Part shown: positions 11,527-20,382 of the stretch, one piece after another | Layout of the letters: each line of letters opens with the position of its first letter | How positions within the stretch are numbered: position 1 is the first letter of the stretch | NCBI GenBank assembly: GCA_963662545.2 | Contig: CAXXLL010000003.1 | Coordinates: forward strand, 1,216,001 to 1,280,000 | Direction of reading: 5' to 3' | Origin: Gammaproteobacteria bacterium | GTDB lineage: Bacteria; Pseudomonadota; Gammaproteobacteria; Ga0077536 | Length of the DNA stretch: 64,000 nt | Program-made: the position numbers and the translations under genes | Notes under the pieces: model-generated | Database searches by the model: none | What the model was told of the DNA's origin: nothing | The model's input: only the letters and a program-made list of their open reading frames with translations

Positions 11527-12249
11527 GTGCCCATGCCAAACGAGCCCTGGTCACCCTTCGATGAGCGGCGCCGCCAAATCCTCCTCGCGCTGTTGGCCGT
11601 GGGTGCGTTCAGTGGCCCGCACGCGCGCGCCGGCCTGCTCGGACGCCAACCCGGACCGTTGCCGGCGGGCCAGTCGATCTATCGGTTGGAAGGTGAGGTC
11701 AAGGTCGACGGCACGCTCGCGACCCGCAATACACACATTAACGCCGGGGCCCTGGTCGAGACGGGGGCCCGTTCGAAAATCGTCTTCGTGGTCGGCACAG
11801 ACGCCTTCATTCTCCGCGCAAACAGCCGCCTGCAGTTAGAAGGGGGCGACGGCGTGGTCGTCGAAACCTTGCGGATCGTCACGGGGCGCCTGTTGTCGGT
11901 CTTCGGGCGCCGAGGTCATACCATGCGTACGAGTACCGCCACTATCGGCATCCGCGGAACGGGCGTATACATCGAATCGGAACCCGAGCGCAGTTACATC
12001 TGCACGTGTTACGGGATGACGGAGCTTGCCGCCGCCGATGATCCCAACGCGACCGAAACCATCGACTCCCGGCACCACGACGCACCGCGCTACGTACTCG
12101 CCGGCACTGCCAGCGGAACATTGATCCAAGCAGCGCCCTTCATCAACCACACCGACGAGGAACTCCTGTTGATCGAGACCCTGGTCGGGCGGGAGCCCCC
12201 CTTCGCGGTGGATCCGGGATATGACCGGCCTCGGCCTCGGGTTTACTAG
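11527..12249 (+). CDS. FecR-domain protein with twin-arginine-like signal
   Basis: ERRRQILLA; VETGARS; TSTATIGIRGTG. Confidence 0.8.
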   Translation: MPMPNEPWSPFDERRRQILLALLAVGAFSGPHARAGLLGRQPGPLPAGQSIYRLEGEVKVDGTLATRNTHINAGALVETGARSKIVFVVGTDAFILRANSRLQLEGGDGVVVETLRIVTGRLLSVFGRRGHTMRTSTATIGIRGTGVYIESEPERSYICTCYGMTELAAADDPNATETIDSRHHDAPRYVLAGTASGTLIQAAPFINHTDEELLLIETLVGREPPFAVDPGYDRPRPRVY

Positions 12250-12335
12250 AAGCGATTTAAGTTCCGCTCCGTTCAGTCTTGATTCAGGAATAAGCGGCTA
12301 AGCTCTCCATCACACTGTCACGCGGAGGGCCGGCC

Positions 12336-12662
12336 ATGCGACTCCCCCAGAAGATAAGGATCACCGGTACATTGCTTTTCCTGCTGGTGAGCAGCGGTGC
12401 ACTCGCCTATCACGGCGGATCCAGCGTGGTGAGGCCGCTCCATGGTTTTTCATTGAATTACGGCCATCCCGTCATTCACCATTACTCGCATCACTATCGG
12501 CCCAGGCACCGCTACAGATCGCATTTCGGGTACGGTGCGCCGTACCACCGTCCGTACGGTTATTCGCGGCACGGGCATTACAACGACCACCGGCCCTATT
12601 ATTACCGCCACCCGTTTACCCGGCCTTATGGCAGAGGATTGTCCTTATATTTCCGCTATTAG
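12336..12662 (+). CDS. His/Tyr/Arg-rich small secreted protein
   Basis: GGAGG RBS, signal peptide ending ALA, low-complexity mature part. Confidence 0.65.
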   Translation: MRLPQKIRITGTLLFLLVSSGALAYHGGSSVVRPLHGFSLNYGHPVIHHYSHHYRPRHRYRSHFGYGAPYHRPYGYSRHGHYNDHRPYYYRHPFTRPYGRGLSLYFRY

Positions 12663-12873
12663 CAGCTCTGGATTTCACGACCGACTCCGCCCGGGCTTTC
12701 CTGATAGTGCCTACCGCGCCTAAGCATTAGCCGGCATCTCTCACCAGCCTTTGTTAGGAGGTGGCCCAAGCGTGCGGCATGGCTGGCGTTACTCCGGTCG
12801 CCGGCCTGCTAAAATCGCACCTGGCTCAACAGGCCTATTTTCAGGCCTGCGCAATTTCGCGGCAGCACCCATA

Positions 12874-14871
12874 TTGGAAAAACTCAACGACCGACAACGT
12901 GAGGCCGTACGCTACAGCGGCGATCCGCTACTGGTGCTCGCCGGTGCCGGCAGTGGTAAGACCCGGGTCATCACACAGAAAATTGCCTACCTCATCGATC
13001 GATGCGGCGCTGATCCGGCGCGGATCGCGGCCATCACGTTCACTAACAAGGCGGCGCGCGAGATGCGCGAGCGTATTCGCGAATTGCCGGGCCGCGGCGA
13101 TCAACGACCCTGGATCTCCACCTTTCACACGCTCGGACTCAGGATCCTGCGCGCCGAGTGTGAGCCATTGGGCTACCGGCGCGGATTCTCGATTTTCGAC
13201 GCGGCCGACTGCGCAGGTGTATTGGCTGATCTCATGCGGCGGGATCAGCCGGGCAGCGATATTCCGGTTGAACGGGTACAGCAATGCGTCTCCGCCTGGA
13301 AGGCCGCTATGATCGGTCCGGCGCAGGTCGTGAAGGAAAACCTGACGCCTCCGCAGTCATTGGCGGCACGTTGCTATGCAAGTTATTGCGACGCACTGAT
13401 GACGTATAACGCGATGGATTTCGACGACCTGATCATGCGTCCCGTAGAATTGCTGGGCGCCGATCAGGACGCGCTCGAACGCTGGCGGGAACAGATCGAC
13501 TACCTTTTAGTCGACGAGTATCAGGACACCAATTCGTCCCAGTACGAACTAGTGAAACTCCTGGTTGGCGGGCATCGACGGTTGACCGCCGTCGGAGACG
13601 ACGATCAATCCATCTATGGCTGGCGTGGTGCACGGCCGGAGAACATGCAGCTACTCGCAGTCGATTTCCCGCAACTCAAAGTCATCAAGCTGGAACAGAA
13701 CTACCGCTGCAGCGGTATCATCCTCAACGCCGCCAACGCCCTCATCGCCCACAATCCGCACATCCACGAAAAGCGGTTGTGGAGCGAGCGCGGTTTTGGC
13801 GACAAGATTCGCGTCATATCCTGCACCACCGAGCACGACGAAAGTGACCGTATCGCCAACGACATTCTGCACCGCCGGCTGCTGCACAGACACCGTTTTG
13901 CAGACTTCGCCGTCCTCCTGCGCGGCAACCACCAGATGCGCCTCTTTGAACACGCTTTCCGCGAACGCGATATTCCCTATGTGGTTTCGGGCGGCCGATC
14001 GTTCTTCGACTATTCGGAAGTCAAGGATTGCGTTTGCTATCTACGCTTGCTGGCCAACCCCAGCGACGACAACGCACTGCTCCGAGTCATCAACACCCCG
14101 CGGCGCGCGATCGGTCCCCAGACCGTGAAAATTCTCGTTGAAGCCGCCGCGGAGACTAAGGAGAACCTGGTATCCACGTCACTCGGCGAGGCGTTTGCCA
14201 ACCGCGTCTCACCGCAGGTGTTGAAGCGCGTACGGAGCTTCACCGGATGGCTGCGTGACTTCCAACACGAGGCCCAAACGAGAGCCCCCGCCGATGCCTT
14301 TACTCAACTCCTCAATGACATTACGTATGAAGACTGGCTCGACCAGATTTCGGAAACCGAGAAAGATGCCGAACGCCGGAAGGAAAACATTACCGAACTC
14401 ACGCGATGGATAAAGCGCATTCACGATCGCGACCCGTCGCGGACCATCGCGGACGTCGTCGCCGCGCTTACCCTGTTCGACATCGCCGACCGGCAGGAGG
14501 TTGAGGAACAGGTCGAGGCTGTTCAACTGGCCACGCTGCACGCCGCCAAGGGTCTAGAATATCATCACGTTTTTCTCGCGGGGTTCGAGGAGAATCTGGT
14601 TCCGCACCGAAGCAGCATCGACGATGATTCGGTGGAGGAAGAGCGGCGGCTTGCATACGTCGGTATCACGCGCGCCATGCGTACCTTAACCATCACATTC
14701 TGCCGTTCACGCAAGCGCTACGGACGGATTGAAATCTGCGAACCCAGCCGCTTCTTAGTCGAACTGCCGGCCGAAGAACTTGCCTGGGATGGGCAAGCCG
14801 GTGAAGCCGCGAGCGGACGAGAAACGGGCCGCGACACACTGGATAATCTGAAACGCATGCTGAAAACATGA
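12874..14871 (+). CDS. rep: ATP-dependent DNA helicase Rep (UvrD family)
   Basis: LAGAGSGKT, VDEYQDTN, VGDDDQSIY, LEQNYR, TLHAAKGLE, EERRLAYVGITRA; Rep-type C-terminus; probable TTG start at 12874. Confidence 0.9.
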   Translation: MEKLNDRQREAVRYSGDPLLVLAGAGSGKTRVITQKIAYLIDRCGADPARIAAITFTNKAAREMRERIRELPGRGDQRPWISTFHTLGLRILRAECEPLGYRRGFSIFDAADCAGVLADLMRRDQPGSDIPVERVQQCVSAWKAAMIGPAQVVKENLTPPQSLAARCYASYCDALMTYNAMDFDDLIMRPVELLGADQDALERWREQIDYLLVDEYQDTNSSQYELVKLLVGGHRRLTAVGDDDQSIYGWRGARPENMQLLAVDFPQLKVIKLEQNYRCSGIILNAANALIAHNPHIHEKRLWSERGFGDKIRVISCTTEHDESDRIANDILHRRLLHRHRFADFAVLLRGNHQMRLFEHAFRERDIPYVVSGGRSFFDYSEVKDCVCYLRLLANPSDDNALLRVINTPRRAIGPQTVKILVEAAAETKENLVSTSLGEAFANRVSPQVLKRVRSFTGWLRDFQHEAQTRAPADAFTQLLNDITYEDWLDQISETEKDAERRKENITELTRWIKRIHDRDPSRTIADVVAALTLFDIADRQEVEEQVEAVQLATLHAAKGLEYHHVFLAGFEENLVPHRSSIDDDSVEEERRLAYVGITRAMRTLTITFCRSRKRYGRIEICEPSRFLVELPAEELAWDGQAGEAASGRETGRDTLDNLKRMLKT

Positions 14872-16136
14872 CACCAAGTTCAAGTATTAGTGTTCGAAAT
14901 GAGACGGTTAAGCACGCCGCGCCGATCATCTGCGCCCTGCTATGCCTCGGGGTAAACAACCTGCCGGTATTGGCTGCAGAAGAATTTGAAACAATCGAGA
15001 AAGTACCGGCGTCCGAGGTGCTACCCCGATCGTTTCTTCGTTCAGCCAATTACGAAATTGATCCGGTGTCATATGCCAAGGACAATTTCTATCATTTCGA
15101 GGTCCGCGCCGATCACGGTAATTACAAAATTGCGTCCCTATCGATGCTACGCCTTCGCTTGCATGAGATCTCGACCGTCTCGGAAATTTCGGCCAGGCTC
15201 AACCGATCCGGAGTGAGTCTAAATCGCTCACCCGGCGGTCGCCGGGGCGTCGCCTCGGAATTTGTGGTCGATATTCTGTCCGATCCCTTAGGTACCGCTT
15301 CACAACTGCTCGGAAATATTCAATACAACCTGGAGGAAACGTTCATCGAATCGAAAATCGGAGATCCTTCCGGCGCGAGGCGATCGGCGGGTACCGATTT
15401 AAATCCCGGGCCACACCGGCGCAGCGCCGCTGCGCAAGTGGGCGTCGATGTCTACTCCAGTAACCCGGTCCTGCAGGAGTTGCTCGACGGAATCGAAAAA
15501 TCGCGAAGCGCCGGCAAAACCGCAACCTCGATCTCGCCGCTGATGCGCAACGTTTTTGCTCGGCCGGCCTTTGGCACCGGGGTATTCAATACGCGCATGT
15601 TGTCATTGCTCAAGAACATGGGCAGCGAGGACTTGAACGATCTCATCGCATCCAAGCTCAAAAACATCGGGGTGCCCGCTGCCGTGCGCATTGCGTTCGT
15701 GACACAACCCGCGTTTACGCCGAGAACCCGGCTATTTTTCACCGCTTATCTCGAAATACTCAGTGATGTCAGCGACGTCGACCGGCTGGTCGCGGCGGCG
15801 GCTTCAGCACGCACGGAGGTGGACGCCCTGGCTTACGTCAATTACCTGCGAATGCTCGCCTTCTACCAACTCAGGTCAGGCGACCTCGTGGAAGTCGTCA
15901 CTGAATCGCGGTTCCCCACTCTGGCCACTTCGTCGCGAAAGGCCGTTCTCGCACTACCTCTGGACTACCTGGCCTGGACGGAATCCGTCTCCCAGGCCGC
16001 CGTGGCTCTGCAGGAGCTGCGCGCGTCTAAGGCGCTCGAGAGCCTGACAGTCCTGCTCGCGGGTTCGCCCACCGAGCGGGCGCGTGCGGAACTCGCCGAT
16101 CGCGGCGTCAAGGTGCGCGCCCGTTATTCGTTTTGA
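14868..16136 (+). CDS. Hypothetical exported protein
   Basis: ATGA overlap with rep; 422-aa ORF with signal-like segment. Confidence 0.7.
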   Translation: MTPSSSISVRNETVKHAAPIICALLCLGVNNLPVLAAEEFETIEKVPASEVLPRSFLRSANYEIDPVSYAKDNFYHFEVRADHGNYKIASLSMLRLRLHEISTVSEISARLNRSGVSLNRSPGGRRGVASEFVVDILSDPLGTASQLLGNIQYNLEETFIESKIGDPSGARRSAGTDLNPGPHRRSAAAQVGVDVYSSNPVLQELLDGIEKSRSAGKTATSISPLMRNVFARPAFGTGVFNTRMLSLLKNMGSEDLNDLIASKLKNIGVPAAVRIAFVTQPAFTPRTRLFFTAYLEILSDVSDVDRLVAAAASARTEVDALAYVNYLRMLAFYQLRSGDLVEVVTESRFPTLATSSRKAVLALPLDYLAWTESVSQAAVALQELRASKALESLTVLLAGSPTERARAELADRGVKVRARYSF

Positions 16137-16268
16137 GGGCAAACGTCGCCCGGAGGCGACAGAAGGGACGAGGCCGCGCGTCTAACAACATCCCCCCCTC
16201 CCGGGGTCTACTTAATAACCCAAAGTTTTTCATAGAGTTAACTTCGAGCCACTCATTCTTGTTGCAGG

Positions 16269-16284
16269 TGGCATGGAACCTGCT
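16269..16284 (+). promoter_or_regulatory. Sigma54 -24/-12 promoter
   Basis: TGGCATGGAACCTGCT, GG-N10-GC. Confidence 0.65.
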
Positions 16285-16313
16285 ACCTCTTGCTTCAAAC
16301 AGAGGTTCGACCC

Positions 16314-16574
16314 ATGCGAGATCATCTTTCAGAACTGCAGCTTGAAACCGTCGAGACGCGGCCGACGCGTTCCGCGCAACACCTCGTCAACGGTTACGCG
16401 GCCGAGATACGGGAGCGCCGCGATCAATTGCTCGACGACCTCGCAATTTACGAAAGCAAGCTCCAGGATATCGACCAGCTCGATCCGCTGGATTTCACCG
16501 GACTCGGCAAACTCTACCGCAGTCATGTAATCCAGATAAGGAATCTGCTCAAAGAATTTGACGACGCCGTGTAA
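16314..16574 (+). CDS. Small helical hypothetical protein
   Basis: AGAGG RBS; bracketed by a sigma54 motif and a terminator. Confidence 0.7.
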   Translation: MRDHLSELQLETVETRPTRSAQHLVNGYAAEIRERRDQLLDDLAIYESKLQDIDQLDPLDFTGLGKLYRSHVIQIRNLLKEFDDAV

Positions 16575-16638
16575 TCGTTTCTTCACGAGGCTCACGCGAC
16601 GTCGATGACGCCATAGTTCCCTTCTCTACGTGGCTTGT

Positions 16639-16667
16639 GCCCGCTCTTCGGAGCGGGCTTTTTTTTT
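16639..16667 (+). terminator. Rho-independent terminator
   Basis: GCCCGCTC-TTCG-GAGCGGGC followed by T9. Confidence 0.92.
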
Positions 16668-17076
16668 GCCTGTTCAGAAACGACTATTGTTGTCGCCGGG
16701 ACGCGCAGAGGATACCTTTGAACAAGGCTGAAAAGGCCCAGAGCTTTGGTCCATGCACTGGAGAATCGCCGCGACGCCGATGAGGGGTAAGGTCTGCGAT
16801 GAGCTGACGGCTCAGCCTAACGCCGCTAAATGGGCGGCGAATAACGCAGTAATACGTGAAAGTGACCCCTGCTCCGTAGGATCGCGCCGTCAAAGCACAC
16901 GCGGATAATTTTGAGCCAGGCTCTAAATGATGATCGAAAACACCCGCCGGCCGCAGCCTACTACGAACGGCGGACTCAAGACTCCAGCGTTTGGACCGAC
17001 TAATGATTGTGGTACAAGGATTCTATCGGTGCGTATATGCCCTTGCGCGGACAAACGGTTTGACGATTGAAGAATC

Positions 17077-18744
17077 GTGAACAAGATCTGGTTGAACTCT
17101 TACCCGGCCGACGTACCTGAGACGATCGATCCGGATCGCAACGCTTCGGTCGTCGAGATGTGCGAGGAGGCGTGTTCCCAGTATCCGGATCGTCCGGCGT
17201 TCGGCAATTACGGGTCGATACTCACGTTTTCCGCACTCGACCGGTATTCGAATTCGTTCGCCGCTTACCTACAGCAGCATTGCGGCCTCGAAGCGGGGGA
17301 TCGCGTCGCACTGATGATGCCGAATATTCTCGCCTATCCGGTCGCCATGCTGGGCGCAATGCGCGCTGGCGCGGTTATCGTCAATACGAACCCCTTGTAC
17401 ACCGCCCGCGAACTCGAACACCAACTCACAGACGCCGGCGCGAAGATCATCGTGGTGTTCGAAAACTCTTTGCCGGTGGTATCGGTGGTACGCCCGAAGA
17501 CCGCGCTGAAAACCATCGTGATCGCGCGCATCGGCGATTTCATGGCGCGGCCCAAATCCTTTTTGTTCAACCGGATTTCGCGCCACCAAAGTCCGACGTC
17601 GATCCCCCGCATCGCGGATGCCGTGACCTTGGCCCGGGCGGTGCGAGTCGGTAATGGATCCGAGTTGTCACGCCCCGAAATATCGGGTTCAGATCTCGCC
17701 TTCCTGCAATACACTGGCGGCACCACGGGGCGTTCGAAAGGGGCGATGTTATCGCACCGAAACGTCGTCGCGAATATCCTGCAGGTCGTCGCCTGGTTTG
17801 GCGATCGCAGCGATCGCGGCCACGAGATCGTCATTACCGCGTTGCCCCTCTACCATATTTACGCGTTGACGGGAAACTGTTTCGCCTTCCTCACGCAGGG
17901 CTGCATGAACTACCTGATCACCGACCCGCGCGACATCGGTCGCTTCATCAAAGAAATGAAGCGCGTGCGCTTCACGGCGATCACCGGCGTCAATACCCTC
18001 TTCAACGCGTTACTGCAGCACCCGAAGTTCAGTGAAATCGATTTCACACCACTCAAGTTTTCGAGCGGCGGCGGCATGGCGGTGCAGCGCGCAGTCGCTG
18101 AACGCTGGGAGGCGATTACAGGATCGGTTCTGGCCGAAGGCTACGGTCTCACCGAGTCTTCACCGGTCGTTGCGATCAACCGGTTCGACGCCAGCGAGTT
18201 TACCGGCTGCATCGGATTACCGATTCCCTCGACCGAAATCAGGATCATCGATGAGGACGGCGTAGAAATGGCTGTCGGCGAGACCGGCGAACTCTGCGTC
18301 CGCGGTCCACAGGTCATGCAGGGCTACTGGAACGATCCCGAAGAGACCTCGGCCGTGCTCGACGACGAGGGGTGGCTCAGCACCGGCGATATTGCACTGG
18401 TTCGAGAAGACGGCTATATCCGGATCGTCGATCGCAAAAAGGACATGATCCTGGTGTCCGGATTCAACGTCTACCCAAACGAAATCGAAGATGTTGCGGT
18501 CGCGCACCCGGCTGTCAACGAAGTCGCCGCGATCGGCGTTCCCGACGATAAGTCGACGGAAGCCGTAAAGCTCGTGGTCGTGCGCATTGACGAGTCATTG
18601 AGTGAGCAGGCCCTCATCGATTACTGCCGCACGCAACTGACTGGATACAAAGTACCGCGCAAGGTCGAATTCGTGGACGAACTGCCGAAATCCAATGTCG
18701 GGAAGATATTGCGGCGCGAGGTGCGGGAACAATACGGCAGCTGA
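17077..18744 (+). CDS. fadD: Long-chain-fatty-acid--CoA ligase
   Basis: LQYTGGTTGRSKG, EGYGLTE, STGDI, DRKKDMILVSGFNVYPNE. Confidence 0.92.
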   Translation: MNKIWLNSYPADVPETIDPDRNASVVEMCEEACSQYPDRPAFGNYGSILTFSALDRYSNSFAAYLQQHCGLEAGDRVALMMPNILAYPVAMLGAMRAGAVIVNTNPLYTARELEHQLTDAGAKIIVVFENSLPVVSVVRPKTALKTIVIARIGDFMARPKSFLFNRISRHQSPTSIPRIADAVTLARAVRVGNGSELSRPEISGSDLAFLQYTGGTTGRSKGAMLSHRNVVANILQVVAWFGDRSDRGHEIVITALPLYHIYALTGNCFAFLTQGCMNYLITDPRDIGRFIKEMKRVRFTAITGVNTLFNALLQHPKFSEIDFTPLKFSSGGGMAVQRAVAERWEAITGSVLAEGYGLTESSPVVAINRFDASEFTGCIGLPIPSTEIRIIDEDGVEMAVGETGELCVRGPQVMQGYWNDPEETSAVLDDEGWLSTGDIALVREDGYIRIVDRKKDMILVSGFNVYPNEIEDVAVAHPAVNEVAAIGVPDDKSTEAVKLVVVRIDESLSEQALIDYCRTQLTGYKVPRKVEFVDELPKSNVGKILRREVREQYGS

Positions 18745-18760
18745 CGCCGGGCGCACTTTA

Positions 18761-18783
18761 TTCGCCCGCAAGCGGGCTCCTAC
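18761..18783 (-). repeat. GTAG-type REP element
   Basis: Reverse complement GTAGGAGCCCGCTTGCGGGCGAA; related copies at 33417-33478, 37686, 37838 and 41176. Confidence 0.8.
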
Positions 18784-18853
18784 GGTGCCTCGTTATGCGT
18801 GGTCTGAGCTCCGTTACGGGTGCGGCGCTCACGCGTGCATCAATACAGCGCAT

Positions 18854-19630
18854 TTACATGCTCAGTTTTTCGACCGCCAGCGGCAGAACGTCGGCCAACC
18901 GCCGCGCCCAGTCGCGTTGCCGCGCTTTCTCCGTGATCAAATCCTGGCGCAGTTCAAACAGGACGTGACGCAGGCCGCGTTTGAGGGCGTGCTCGGGAAT
19001 CCCATAGTCCTTGCCATCGATGCGGTAGGGCTCGTTGTCTCCGACGCACAGGCTCGCGTCGGAACGAAGCCCCTGGAGCACCGGGCGCGCCAAGCGCTCG
19101 TCGCTCCCGTAAAGCACGCCGATCGACCACGGCCGCGCGACGCCGAGATAAACCGGCGTAAAACTGTGGATCGCGATGAATATGGTGTCGATTGCGCGTC
19201 CGGCGCGTTCGTCGAGCAATCCGCGAATGGCGTCGTGATAAGGATCGTAAATCTCCGTTTCACGACGGCGCCGCTCGGGGTCGGAAAGCGATCGATTGAC
19301 CGGAATGCCGGTAGCCTCGCTCGATTCCGGGACCAGCGCTACGGAGTGCTGCGGCCGGTTACAGTCGATGACCAAACGGGAATAGACCTGCGCGACCAGG
19401 GTCGCGTCGAGCATCGCCGAGAGTTCCCGCGCGACGCCGAGCGCTCCCATATCCCACGCGATGTGCCGTCCGCGATCGGCGGCACTCAAGCCCAGGTCGC
19501 CCAGGCGCTGCGGGATGGCCTTGCCCGCGTGATCGCAACTCAAAAAGTAAGCAGACACCGCCGCGGGCCGTTCGACGATGACGGGCGCCGGATCGTCGGC
19601 CGCCAGTAAAGGAACCTCTGAATAAGTCAT
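18854..19630 (-). CDS. N-formylglutamate amidohydrolase family protein (start codon lies within a MITE)
   Basis: CDHAG, HIAWDMGA, YSRLVIDCNRP, IHSFTP, GDNEPY, ELRQDLI. Confidence 0.9.
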   Translation of the reverse strand: MTYSEVPLLAADDPAPVIVERPAAVSAYFLSCDHAGKAIPQRLGDLGLSAADRGRHIAWDMGALGVARELSAMLDATLVAQVYSRLVIDCNRPQHSVALVPESSEATGIPVNRSLSDPERRRRETEIYDPYHDAIRGLLDERAGRAIDTIFIAIHSFTPVYLGVARPWSIGVLYGSDERLARPVLQGLRSDASLCVGDNEPYRIDGKDYGIPEHALKRGLRHVLFELRQDLITEKARQRDWARRLADVLPLAVEKLSM

Positions 19631-19772
19631 GACACATCTGCCTTGCCCATGAAATCGCGCAGTTCGGCGTTACGAACTTTGCCCATAGTCCCCGCTATGG
19701 CCTGCGATTCGTGCCTTGATCTGCACAATTTCATGAACCATTCAGACGCACCATGACTTATTCAGAGGTTCC
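19611..19772. mobile_element. 162-bp MITE, family A (IS5-like), copy 1
   Basis: TIR GGAACCTCTGAATAAGTCATG...CATGACTTATTCAGAGGTTCC; closely similar to copies at 27369 and 57115; target duplication degenerate. Confidence 0.88.
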
Positions 19773-20322
19773 CAAGGAACTCACGATGTCTCGTCGTTGT
19801 CGCTGTCAGGGGATGCTCAGGATAGAGTTCAGGATGCTTGTAACGGGGATGCCACCCGAAACCCTGCCAGGTGGTGAGCTTCTTCGGCACGATGCGGAAG
19901 GTCCAACAGGGTTCCACATTGACACCGCCACGATACTCGGCAGCTTTGTCGCCGAGGTAACGCGGCCCGGTGTGCTTCTCGCCGATCTGGTTCCAGATCG
20001 ATTTCTCACCGTTCTCTAGATAGGGGCCGACGGCCGCTTCGACCACGATCGCCGTCCCTTCGCAAATCACCTTCCGAATCGGCGGCACAGCTTCGTCCAC
20101 CACCAGGGACACCCGCGGATCCGCCGCCAGGAAGTGCGCCCATTCCGATCGCTTGCGCCCGACCACCCAGAACGCATCGCCGTCCCAGTGGTACCACACG
20201 GGCACGATGTAGGGCGCGCCATCGGAGCTTAGACAGGCGAGCCGAGCCAGCCACGGCCCGGCCAGGAATTCGTCCATTTCCTCAACCGACATACCACCGA
20301 GTTTATCCCCACGCCAACTCAT
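19762..20322 (-). CDS. Pyridoxamine 5'-phosphate oxidase-like (split-barrel flavin-binding) protein
   Basis: LARLACLSSDGAPYIVPVWY, DPRVSLVVD. Confidence 0.85.
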   Translation of the reverse strand: MSWRGDKLGGMSVEEMDEFLAGPWLARLACLSSDGAPYIVPVWYHWDGDAFWVVGRKRSEWAHFLAADPRVSLVVDEAVPPIRKVICEGTAIVVEAAVGPYLENGEKSIWNQIGEKHTGPRYLGDKAAEYRGGVNVEPCWTFRIVPKKLTTWQGFGWHPRYKHPELYPEHPLTATTTRHREFLGNL

Positions 20323-20382
20323 GGTCGCCGTTGCCCGCGCTGCATCATCAGGCCCATTCCGGAAGACACTTCAAGACCCATA

